From Lama glama (Eukaryota), in the NCBI GenBank assembly GCA_028534125.1, contig CM052817.1:9240001-9304000 (forward strand): DNA of 64,000 bases. The letters run 5' to 3'. The first letter of the stretch is position 1. The number at the start of each line of letters is the position of its first letter. A program made the translations under genes and the position numbers. This document shows, in pieces, positions 1-11,543 of this stretch. Under the pieces are notes generated by a model that searched no databases, was not told the DNA's origin, and was given only the letters and a program-made list of their open reading frames with translations.

Positions 1-220
1 TGGACCCCACGCGGGAAGAGGCCGTTGCCCAGAAACCGTCCGCGCCCGCCGCGCGTACTCGCCCTCGCGCCCGCGCCCGGCGCTCAGACCTCCTCAGCGA
101 TCCGACGCCCCAACCGGCCTCTCCCTTCCCTAGGCTCAGGAGAAGCCTGAGGAGACGCGCCGCTCGCGCCCGCGCTCCCCCGCCCTCCCGCGAGCGCGAG
201 CGCGCCCCCGGCCAGGCCTG

Positions 221-340
221 CATATTAATAAGGGGCGGGACGGGGCGGGGCAGCGCGGGCGCGGGGCCTCGAGTCCGCGCGTGCCGGGACGCACCGCGGG
301 GGGCGGCGCGATTGTGAGGTGGCGCTGACGCACGTTCCGG
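221..340. promoter_or_regulatory. Core promoter motifs: AT-rich TATA-like element, tandem GC boxes and a composite CRE-half/HRE/ETS site
   Basis: CATATTAATAA at 221-231; GGGGCGGGA at 232-240; GGGGCGGGGC at 242-251; TGACGCACGTTCCGG at 326-340. Motif match only; the TSS cannot be determined from sequence. Confidence 0.55.
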
Positions 341-587
341 GGTTCTTAAGCGATCCGGGCGGCAGCGGAGGCGGTGGCGGCGGCGGCGCCCGAGCCGGTC
401 TCGGGAGGTGGCGGTGATCGCCGCGAGGGGTGGCAGGGCCGAAGTCCGTGCCCCTGGCTCAGTCACGGTGTCCCTCTCTCACTGACTCCCCCTCCTTCCA
501 CCACGGCCGCGCCGCCCCAGATCCGGCGGCTTCTTAGGCGGGGCAGCGGACGGGGCGCGTCTCCTCCCGCTGCCACCGGCCTGATAA

Positions 588-2291
588 ATGCGGGACTTCG
601 GGTTTGGGGTGCAGCAGACAGCCCCGCTCAGAAGCAGCAGCCCTGGGTCCCTGTTCAGCGGCGGGACATACCGTCCCCACGCCGCGGGACTCGCCACGGC
701 CGCCGCCCCACTGCCCTCCGCCACGCCCTTCGGCCGGCTCTCGCCGCCGCCGTTGCCTGTCACCGGCATCTCGGAGGCCGCCTCCCCCTTCTCTATCCCC
801 CTCGGCTGCGGCGGCGCGGACAGCCCGGCCGCAGCCGCTTCCTCTTCCTCCCCGTTCCTGGCGCATCAGCAGACCATGCAGGATGAGCTGCTGCTGGGGC
901 TGACACAGCAGCCGGCGCGGCCGCTCTCGGGGGCGGCGGCCGCGGAGAAACTCCCCAACCACCACCCCGGCGGCGGCACGAACGCGGGTGTGACCCACCT
1001 CCTCCCCTCCCAGGACTTCAAACCGAGTCTGCACCACCCCTCCTCCTCCTCCGCCTCCTCCTGCTGCTGCTGCCGCACCTCCTCCCCGCAGGACTTCAGT
1101 AAGCGGCAGCAGCAGCAGCTGAGCAGCCAGAAGAGGAAAGAGTTCAGCCCTCCCCACCTTCCCCACCCTTCGGACTCGAAGCCTCCACCGCCGCCGCTCC
1201 ACTGCCCCGGCCGGTTCAGCCCGCCTCCGCCGCCGCCCGGCCCTCTCCTCCAGCCGGCGCAGCTCGTCCAGCGCCAGCAGCAGCAACAGCAGCACCAGCA
1301 GCAGTTCAGCCTCCCGCACCCGCAGCACCTCCCACCGCAGGACTTCGCCCCGCGGCAGCTCCCGGCCGACCTGCCCCCGCTCCGGCAGCTCCAGCCTTCG
1401 CCGCCCTCAGCGCCGCGGCGCCGCCACGGAGGGGCGGGCAGCCCTCGCAAGACCCCGGCCGCGGGCGAGGGCAGCGCCGCCGAGCCCCCCAATGCGGGCT
1501 TGGCCCCCTCGACGCCGCCGGTGAACCCCGCGCCGGGCTCTATGGAGTCCCCCAACCACCCTCTGCTCAACAGCCCCAGTAACCTTCTGCCCGGCGGGGC
1601 GCTCGGCGCGGGCGCCTTCAGCAGCCTGCAGAGCCCAGACCTTCCGCACCCGGGCGGCGGCGGCGGCGGGGGCGGGGGGCCCCCCGGAGGCGGAGGGGGA
1701 GGCGGCTCCGCGTCGCCGCCGCCGCCGCCGCTGCCCGGCTTCGGCACCCCCTGGTCGGTGCAGACCGCGTCGCCGCCTCCCCAGCCCCAGCCCCAGCCGC
1801 CGCCGCCGCCCCAGCAGCAGCCGCCGCCTCCGCCCCAGCAGCCGCCGCAGCCGCAGCCGCCGCAGCCGGGCTCGTCGGCCGCCACCCCGGGTGGCGGCGG
1901 CGGCGGCGGCGGCGGCGGCTCGCTCAGCGCCATGCCGCCGCCCAGCCCCGATTCGGAGAACGGCTTCTACCCGGGGCTGCCGTCTTCCATGAACCCTGCC
2001 TTCTTCCCGAGCTTCTCGCCCGTGTCCCCGCACGGCTGCGCAGGGCTCAGCGTGCCGGCGACCGGCGGCGGCGGCGGCGGCGGCGGCGGCTTCGGGGGCC
2101 CCTTCTCGGCGGCTGCCGTGCCCCCGCCGCCGCCGCCCGCCATGAATTTACCTCAGCAGCAGCCCCCGCCGCCCGCGGCGCCGCAGCAGCCGCAGAGCCG
2201 GAGGTCGCCCGTCAGCCCGCAGCTCCAGCAGCAGCACCAGGCGGCGGCCGCCGCCTTCCTGCAGCAGAGGAACTCCTACAACCACCACCAG
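588..2291 (+). CDS. CPEB2: CPEB2 coding exon 1 (568 codons; P/Q/G-rich intrinsically disordered N-terminus)
   Basis: ATG at 588 preceded by in-frame TGA TAA. Translates MRDFGFGV...MPPPSPDSENGFYPGLPSSMNPAFFPSFSPVSP...FLQQRNSYNHHQ, typical of CPEB2. Donor CAG|GTACGG at 2291/2292, phase 0. Confidence 0.93.
1893..1919 (+). repeat. Coding (GGC)9 poly-Gly repeat
   Basis: Nine pure GGC units preceded by GGT, giving 10 Gly. Confidence 0.95.
2064..2090 (+). repeat. Coding (GGC)9 poly-Gly repeat
   Basis: Nine pure GGC units. Confidence 0.95.
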
Positions 2292-5194
2292 GTACGGCGG
2301 CCGGCGGTCCGCCTGCGCCGCGGGGCCGGGGACACCGCGGGCGGGGGCGTCCCCGAGGAGCGCTGGCGAGGAGATCTCGCCCGAGTAAGAGTGGGACCCG
2401 GAGGGCGGAAAAGGGCGACGGGACTCGGGACACCGTCCCCGGTGGGGTGGGAGGGCTGTGGCCACCATGGGCTGTGGGGCTCCCGGGGCGGGTTCGGCTG
2501 GAAGCGGCCCGGGCCGGGCGCCCCCTCGAACTCTCCGGCGCGGCGGTGGGGGCTGGGGCAGGGACGGAATGGCGTCCCTCCCGCCCCTCGGAGCGGGCGA
2601 CCCTCGCGAACCCAGGTCCCGCCGGCGACCCCCTCCCCGGGGGTCCGCCGTCCGGGTTCCTCGAGTCCGGAGACACAGCTAGGACGAGCCTGGGTTCGGG
2701 GACTGGGGGACGCGGGACCGGCGGGCTCGGGCGGCGGCCTCAGAGGAGGAGCGGCCGTGGGAAGCAAACTGGGGAAGGGGAGTGATTACCGGAGACGGTG
2801 CGTGTGGAGAGCCCGTGACTCTTCCCCGTCGTCCAATGAGGGAACGGGCGGAAAGGCCCCCTTTTTCTTTCGAGTTTGTTTTATTCTTAATTGGTCGGCG
2901 AGGGCTGTCGCCGGCGAGGCTGTGGCCGGCCCGCACAACCTGCCGCGGGACCCGGCGTCCGAGGGGCCGCCGGGCTGCGCGCCTCCTGCCGACCTTCCCG
3001 CTGCGTGGGTCGGTCCTCTGAGCTGTCAGATGACTTCGAAAAAGAAACTGGTAGTGACGGCTCACTTGGTTGAGACGGAGATGCTCCCAAGCCAATGTTT
3101 GGCTACTATTTTGTAGGTTTTAAAACTAAACGAGTTTGAGATTAGTGTGTTACCTTGAAGAGAAGACTTTTACATTTTTGGGGGTGGCCTTAACCTTCCC
3201 TTGACTGATAGGGTGTGTGTATTTTCAGCGGGTAATGTAATTATGAAATCACTGCGGGCAGGCGTTTTGATTCATCCGGGTCCTTTCTGATTCAAGGTCT
3301 GTTTTGTTATCCTCTCAGTACAACGTTTGAGTGACCGCTGGGTTGGTTAATCGACACTGAAAGGGTATTTTGTTGTTCTTTTTTGATCTAGTCCGCGTTT
3401 ATTATAGCGATCATTCTAAGGCCAATTTCATGATTAAAGATACAGGGAGAAACAAAAATGGACCTTAACCAATGCCGGCTTACTCTTATAACTTTTTCCA
3501 TTGGTCAGTTAAAGTTTTGAAGGGTTGACCATTTTAAAAGGTGAATACTATATAAATTAACTAAAGTAACAGTTAACAGTTTATTTAAATTAATCAGAAC
3601 AATAGTTAACAGTTTTTATTGAAGAGTCACTGGTTTCGCTCTGAGAAAGGAGAATGTGGCCTAGAAGGATTCAAAATACTAATTTTGAAATAGCATTCCA
3701 CTCTTCTGTGATTTGCGTGTCTTGAGCAACTATCTTGTGGGTGTCAGGGTCTTCATTTTTTAACTGGAGACTTGCCACAGAAAATTAAAAGTATTTTTTT
3801 TATTCTTAAAGCTGTGATACATGGTCAGAAGACCATATACCATGATCTATATTTAACTATAATCTGTTTTTTGTCAAAAGACGGGTCTCAAAGTGGAGTG
3901 TAAGAGGTCACCCAGCTGTCATGTGGAATTTTAGATCATGGGAAGAGAACTTTGAACGCAATCAGTGAGGAAAGTAAGGCCCTCAAGAATGGAGTGGTTC
4001 CAGTCCATGATCCCTTAACTATGCTTTTGAACTGTCAAGGGGGGAACGTGGTATATAATAAAGATATTAGCATTTAAAACAATTTTTTAACAGGTACTAT
4101 AGATCAGGTTTTAAAACAACCTGTAAGAAGCAGGTTTAATTTTAAGGGTGCTTGACTTAACAGTAACTTATTGACTTAGAGTAACTGCATGGCCCATACT
4201 TCTTTGGCTAAATGTTAACACAAAATTATTAAATTATAAACTTACTGACAATATAATTACTAGCAGTTAACACAACTTATAGTTGTAGTTCCTTGGTGGG
4301 TTTTTCATTCTTTGAGGACTTAACTTTTCTTGCCATTGATTCTAGTTTGGAATATAATTTAATTTTGAAAATGAATGAAGTTAATGGAGACTTGTATTAT
4401 TAAAATCTCTATTAGAATGATGAAAGCATCTAGCTCTTTATCTTAAATATATCTCAGTGTATTCACCTATGGGTAATGTCAAATTGCTTAACAGTTCATG
4501 GATAAGTAAGTGAAATAAAACCTAAAGAAAATTTAAAAGAAACTGCATTAAAACTGGAATAAAGTATCTTGAAAGTTGAATAAACAGTGAAATAAAAGAC
4601 ATATTTCTTGTATTTTTCCTATCCCCAAAATCATTTTTAATCCATGTAATAGAATAACACCAAATGTTATCATTATCCACGTTTATTATAGTGGTACAAC
4701 TTGTTTTGGAAACCTAGTCTAAATATTACACTCATACAATTGAGACATTTTAATTAATAAAGACCATATTTTTAGTTGTGTGCCTAGCAGAGTATGGTTG
4801 CTTTAAGATTATAGTGTAGTTTGTATCTTTAAGGATCTTCAAAGTTAATTTCAATTTAAAAGTATTTTTTCTTCATATTTGTAAGGTATATAGTTCTCTC
4901 TGAAGGAAAAAAAGTAACTGCACTTTCTATTTTAGTAATTGTCATGAAGTATTTGCTTCATTCATTATATGTATAGTAAACAAGAGTCTATAAACTCACC
5001 TAGCATTAAATGAATGTTTTCGTATAGCAAGATCTCAAGCCTATTACCTTTTATAAGCTAGTTGAGATACATTCTGTTGCCTTTATATTTTTCATTTTTT
5101 TAAGATCATATACATTTTTAGCTCAGGCCTAAATTTGAGTTTGAACTATAAGCTGGTTAAATGCCTGTAATTTAAGTAGATGTATTTTCCCCAG

Positions 5195-5476
5195 CCTCTT
5201 CTGAAACAATCTCCCTGGAGCAACCATCAGAGCAGTGGCTGGGGCACTGGAAGTATGTCCTGGGGCGCAATGCATGGCAGAGATCATCGTAGAACTGGAA
5301 ACATGGGAATTCCAGGAACTATGAATCAGATATCTCCATTGAAGAAACCGTTTTCTGGTAATGTCATAGCACCACCGAAATTTACTCGCTCTACTCCATC
5401 ACTGACTCCAAAATCTTGGATTGAAGATAATGTGTTCAGAACAGACAACAATAGTAATACACTCTTACCCTTACAG
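5195..5476 (+). CDS. CPEB2: CPEB2 coding exon 2 (282 nt, PLLKQSPWSNHQ...NSNTLLPLQ)
   Basis: Acceptor ttttccccag|CCT; donor CAG|GTAAGA; phase 0-0; continues the exon 1 frame. Confidence 0.96.
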
Positions 5477-6227
5477 GTAAGAATGGTATATAAATGGCCT
5501 TATTTCTAATGTTAATCTTTCAAAATAGGGAATTGGGTGGTGGTAGTAGTAGTAGTATAAAATTAGCAGATTAAAGGAGAGAAAGTTCTAATTTTTAAGC
5601 ATGTGATTTAATTATCAAAGGATAAAATAGCTATATAGAGAAGACTGGGACTAAAAGAAAATCTCTAAACACATAATAGAAAGTAAGCTTTATAAAATAT
5701 AGAAAACCCTGCTGCATTGCTTAAATACATATTGAAGCTTTTAATTGGCAGCTCCATAAGAATGCCTCCATTCATTAATCTTTAATAGGTCACCAAAATG
5801 AGTTTCTCCTCTAATATAGCTAAACTAAAGTGTTCTGTAATTGCACATATATTTGACTATGATCAGCTGTATGTATATTCAGATAGTACAGCTGTGATTA
5901 TGGCAAAATAATATTAGGGCTTTTCACATCAAATTAAAATTTGTCCACTAGTTCAGGGACTATTTTTTTCTGTATGTGGCCTAACAGTTGTGATGATAAG
6001 ACTTTTTTCACGGCTTTTAATATTTTGTTGATATTAAAGTCCCCTTGTGACTATTTAAAATGAGACTTTTTCCCCTGAAACCATTAGAGGGTAGAACAAA
6101 GATATGCAATAGGGAAAACTTGGATTTTTTTTTCTTTTCATTCTTTCTCCCCCCCCCCTTTTTTTTTGTGGGTGGGTACGGGTAAGAGAACTGCTTATTT
6201 CTGATGAAAACTTCTATGCTATTGAAG

Positions 6228-6317
6228 GTGAGATCTAGTTTGCAGTTGCCAGCTTGGGGCTCAGATTCACTCCAAGATAGTTGGTGCACTGCAGCCGGAA
6301 CATCCAGAATAGACCAG
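6228..6317 (+). CDS. CPEB2: CPEB2 alternative cassette exon (90 nt, VRSSLQLPAWGSDSLQDSWCTAAGTSRIDQ)
   Basis: attgaag|GTG...CAG|gtaggc; 30 open codons, phase 0-0; matches the 30-aa alternatively spliced segment I recognise from CPEB2 isoforms. Confidence 0.9.
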
Positions 6318-9300
6318 GTAGGCTGCACAGTGTGTATTTCTCAGGATTTTGGCTAGGAGTTTAGTATTTGTATTATGAGTAGGATTTATTATTTACTTTC
6401 CAATTATAGCTGATTAAGCATATGTCAGAGAGTGTTAAAGCAATTTACTTTTAAAGGGTCACTTGACTTAACTATTTAATATAAGATGTTTTGTTTTTAA
6501 ATTTAAAAGTAGTTCATAATCATTTTATATTTCCTAAACATAATAAATTTGTTTTTGGAAAAGAGAATCATATACCCAAGAGCACCTGACTTTAAACATC
6601 AGTCAAACTGAACATATTTTATCTCTTTTCAGAATCATTTGCAATTAGGTACAAAATCATATGTTTACTTAGCATTTAATTTTACATTTCATAAATGTCT
6701 TACAGAATTTTTAATAAACTTTTTTCATGATATCTACTGTATTTGCCTTGAGTTTTCTAAACTCTATGTTAGTTTAGTTTTTCACCTTTATAAAAAAACT
6801 TCACAGCATTTCTCTATTCTAAATTTTGATACTGCTATTATATACTGTCTTCTTCCAAATAATCAGCTTCCTATGGAAAAGCTCTGAGTCAAAAAGCTGA
6901 GAGTCAGTCTTAATCAAATTACCTTCAAGTCCTTTGTAGTCACAAAATGCTGTCTCTCTTCCTACAGATGAAATTTGAGTGCATACTGGGTCCCAGGTGA
7001 TGAGAATTATTACAGGACAAACAGAACACTCAGTCCTCACATATAAGGATCCTTTCCTACAGAGCCCGAGTTTGAATGAGCATAGACTTGACTTTGTGAG
7101 AGTCCACTGAATGGAGCTATGTTATCCTTAGTTACTTTATCAACTTGAGATGATTTTACAAGTAAGGACTGAATAAATAGATTAATACTACATTTGTAAA
7201 TAGCATTCAAATCTGGAGTGTTGGCAGTAACTTCAATAATCAAACATTAGCACTTGTTTTAAACAAGTACTACCTATTTGCCAGAATACTCCTGCCAGTA
7301 TTTATCTCATGTAATTTGTAATTGATTGTCTTGTTAATGTTGTAATGTTATCCATCTATTTCTACTTTCTTCTCCACTCTGGCTCAGATAGGCTTTATTA
7401 GTGACATTTTTATGGTAGCATTTTTATGGTTTTCAAATTAAATACATAAATGCCTAGGAGATGGTATGTTTAGAAGAGGAAAATTATGATAATTATTTTG
7501 AAGGTGGCAAGGGACATGTGTTTAGATAGGAAAGGACATAATTATTTGAAGAGCTTGTGCAGGAAGAAGCAAGAGGATACATATATGAAAGGAATATGTA
7601 TCTATGGAGGAAAAAGAAGACAGATGAGCTGCTGTGAAGGATCCAGGGGGATGGGGGACAGATGTTGAGAAATTAGGTCATTAAGAAGTCTTCAGTTGAT
7701 AGAATAATGCTTGAGAGTAGGTAGAGGTGATAATGAAGGGAAATTTTCAAACTGGGCTCTGCGGAGTGCCCCCGGGGCTGCCACAGGATGAGGGCCATCA
7801 GCCCTCCCACTTAGACGTCATTCAAAGCCTCTCTGCTCTCACGAATTTTATAACCTGGGATTTTAAGTAAATTCATTTTAGAGAAAAAGGATTTTGATGC
7901 TTAAGGATTTTTTTTTTTTTGGTAAACTGCTAAGATAATTGGCATTCCTTGTGGACTCTGAGCTAGCAGTGTGATGTGATGAAGTTGAAGAGAATGGTGA
8001 AGAAAAAGATAGTGGAAAGTGAACTGAACTAGAAGCAAAGGAGGTCTGAAACCTGAATCTTCTTATTCTTCCTCTCACAATCTTTATAACATTGAATGAC
8101 ACAGTTTATGGGCTTTCATATCTTTGGGTCATGGTTTCCTTATTTATAAAAGTAGGACCTTGAACTAGATCATGTAAGGCCTTTTTGGTCAACTCTTATA
8201 CTTTCTTTCATCTATTGTGGCCATTTCTTTTGCTCCTTGCGCCCCACTCCCCTCCCCCCATTCCTTTATTTTTAGAACACGAAGGTTTTGGTTTATTGCG
8301 GGGAAGAGGTGGGCATTGGTCCTAGGCAGTGGAGGTGTCCTGTATGACCTTCCATCCCACCTGGTCTAAAAGCAATGTTGCTATCTCCTTTGAATACCGT
8401 AAGAGTATTTATTACACAAAATTTGTTCTGTGTTTCTATCTTTCCATAAAAGGTTGAGGTATTTGAAGTTGAGGTTCTTAGAAATACAGCAGCAGCTAGA
8501 AACTGCAATTGGTATCTTAAACAGCTGAGTAGTTCCTTAGTGTTTGGCAAAGTTTAAAATTATAGAAAATACTTAAGAGACTTAAATATCTGGGGAGATT
8601 ATTTTCATTTCTGCTCTGTTTTCATCATATACAACATTTTAATACTAATATATTTTAGTTAACAAATACATTATTTAAAAACATTTAACTTTTTAATTCC
8701 TTTAGTCTCAAATTGACTTAGGCCTAAAATATACTAAATTCTAGAACTAATATCTTAATTCTTATACCTGGATACTTCAGGCCTTACCTATACTAAGAGC
8801 TGGACATGTAATTGAATTTAGTAAATGAGAAAGAAATAGTTTTATAGATTAGTTTTATTTCAGTTGTATGTAAAATTTTTCAGGTTGGCATTTCCTTATT
8901 TAAAATAGCATATTTTTTATGGAAAAGCTTCAAATTTAAAACTTTTAAAAAACAAATGTAAATTGTTAAGCACATTTGTGACTTTAAAACGAATGTTACA
9001 TATTTCTATTAATTTTTAAGGCTAATAATTACTTTTATTTAAAAAACTCAGATGGTTACTCGTGCAAGAAGTCATACCCAACAGTATGAGTTCTAAATTA
9101 CCTTAAAATTGACTTTTCAAGTAGATATTAAGGCTACAGTATATTTATTCATTAATATTGAATGTTTTAATTCCAAGAGTAATATATCAGTAGCTGTGAT
9201 TATTACTTACAAATGTACATTTGGCATCTCAGCTCTCTAAGTGAAGCAGTATCATGCCTTTAAAACTGATAGAGCCCGTGAGGCCTGTGGGTGTTGACCT

Positions 9301-9810
9301 GTTCTCCAGCTGGGGAATTACCTATGTACTTGGCTGTGGACTTCTGTTCTTACAGAAGTTCTGCCTGCAGTCCCTTAGCACGTCGCATAAACCACCTTGA
9401 ATTAATAGAAGATATTTTCTACTAATCTTTAATATCCAGGCTATTAGGATAAAATAATAAATGATAACATGAGGGTCTCAGAAAAATACATCATTTGGAG
9501 ACTTTATTAACCTTACACAAAAAACAATATATAGTAACAGACCAATTTTTTATTTAATAAAGCACTCCTTAAATTGTGGTTGTTCAACTAAATGAGTTTT
9601 ATGGACATTGGTAGTCATCAAACTGTCGCACCTGCTGAAAATGGGACAGAATGGGATCTCTTATGTATGTTTAAGTATTGGATGCTTTTTGTATTTCCTA
9701 TCCTGTGTTCAGTTCTTTAATGGTACTCAACCCATTCTTATACCAGACATTTTCTACTTACCCTTCCATTTTCCTTAACCATTGTGGCTTTGGCCATTTG
9801 GGGCCTTGAA

Positions 9811-9880
9811 ACATATATATATATGTATATATATACACATACATATATGTGTATATATATACACACACACACATACACAT
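9811..9880. repeat. Compound (TA)n/(CA)n microsatellite
   Basis: acatatatatatatgtatatatatacacat...acacacacac. Confidence 0.9.
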
Positions 9881-10858
9881 AGCTTTTTCTTTTCTTTTCT
9901 ACTTTGTGCAGATCACAATAATAAAGGAAGCTCAAGAAATGTATATTCATTATATATGTATGTGGTGGTAGTGCTTTAATTGCCCTCAGGGATATATGGG
10001 AGGAAATACTGTTCTTTGCCTCTGAGAAGGTGAAAGTCCAGTTGGATGAATAAGGGATATCTGTGTGGAACAGCTAGAGAATGATGTGGGAGAGTATGAG
10101 ACTGAGAGCCACGCTGTGCAGGGAGGCAGAGCAGCACATCGTCTGCTGCTGATTCACTATGGTTCAGTAGCAGACAGTATAATCAGCAATATGTGATCAG
10201 TAGTTACTTAAAATTGAGAACAATATTAGTACAACTTTGCTTTTTTATTTTAAATCAAAAATTGGAGAACTAAACACAAAAATAAAACAAAAGCTGATTT
10301 TTCTACTTAGGCAGAAGAATATATAGGCTCAAGCATCTGGTATAACTTGAAATATGATGATACAGGCTTTTTCTGTAATCCATCTCCTTTTTCTTAGGGA
10401 AGCTATATCGTTGTCAAAGGAACAAATTTTACTTTACTGCTTTTTAAATAGAACACGGTTTTGAATATATCCAAGCAAAAATATAACCCATGAAAAGTTC
10501 CATTTTAATTAAGTTTAAGTTCTTTTGTTGTGTTTTACTACTGTTGTTGACCTCATTAGTTATTTTTCAGAGTTTATAATCTTTCTCAGCTCATCTTTTT
10601 TTAAAATTAGGATGACTTTGTTCTTCCTGTGTGTTTTGGTCTTTCTAGGACTTCATTGTTGTTTCCGTAGTTTTTGTGGCATATGTCTGGGTTTAAGAAA
10701 ATAATAAAATGCTAGAATATAAGAGATTATAGTTTTTCCACCAATCTGTTCTAATTTTTGCCTGTTTATTGTTGTGGGATTCTGTAATCTCTGTTTCTGA
10801 AAGCCTGTTTAGTTGATTCTTTGCCTCACAGCTTTCATATTTAAAATAGATTTAGGTA

Positions 10859-10991
10859 CACGACATTGTAAACTGACTATGACTCAATAACTCAATAACC
10901 CAGTAACTCAGTAACTCAATAAATAACTCAATAACTCAATAAATGAATGAATGAATGAATGAATGAATGCAGTTTTATTGGTAAAATAAAA
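10859..10991 (+). mobile_element. Extremely 5'-truncated L1 3'-end insertion with a microsatellite-converted tail
   Basis: CACGACATTGTAAACTGACTAT resembles an L1 3' terminus; tail of AACTCAAT/AACTCAGT and (GAAT)n repeats; 17-bp target-site duplication TAAAATAGATTT(A/G)GGTA at 10842-10858 and 10992-11008. Confidence 0.75.
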
Positions 10992-11543
10992 TAAAATAGA
11001 TTTGGGTAAACTTTCCCTGTTAGAGATTCTTACTTTTGTGAAATATCTTGGCTATTTTCAAATAGCCATATGGTAATAAATGTAAGTTACATTGCTATGA
11101 TTTTCCATCGTTATTTATGCTAATCAGCATCGGTGCATTTACAGTTACTTCAAAATGGTTTGAGGATTTCCATTTAGCTTTTAAACTAATGGCAGTTTGT
11201 TAGGCTTCCTTTATATCTGATCCTTGTCTCAGTTTATCACTTAACGGTTGAGTACCTATTCTGTGGAGCATTCTGAGAAGTCTTTGTAGTCCTTTATAAT
11301 TACCAGTTAAAAGTATAGTCTTTGTCCTAACTGAGCTAAACTTAAACGTTTTTGCAGAGTTTTTATGTTAGAGATAAAATACTGTTCACTCAACAAATGT
11401 TTGAGAGATAGTTTTTCCATAATTAGGAGGTCCTTACCCCTAATTAACTTAAAAGTTTAATGGGAGAGTCAGGAAAACCAAGTCAGTTATGAACCAAGTA
11501 CAGTAGAAGCACAAAAAAATGGAAGTATTTGGTTAGATTACTA

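Larger units (their letters stand above)
1..3100. promoter_or_regulatory. CpG island covering the promoter, 5'UTR, exon 1 and the start of intron 1 of CPEB2
   Basis: Very high GC and dense CpG from base 1 to ~3050, then an abrupt shift to AT-rich, CpG-poor intron sequence. Confidence 0.95.

Noticed and set aside
136..3095. Many overlapping antisense and alternative-frame ORFs (e.g. 866-1933 minus, 534-1328 minus)
   Set aside because: Low-complexity mirror translations of GC-rich, stop-poor sequence with no recognisable domains.
2292..3116. Continuation of the 842-aa ORF past NSYNHHQ
   Set aside because: Read-through into GC-rich intron 1. A phase-compatible donor at 2292 joins exon 2, the extension has no CPEB-like character, and long open frames are expected in CpG islands.
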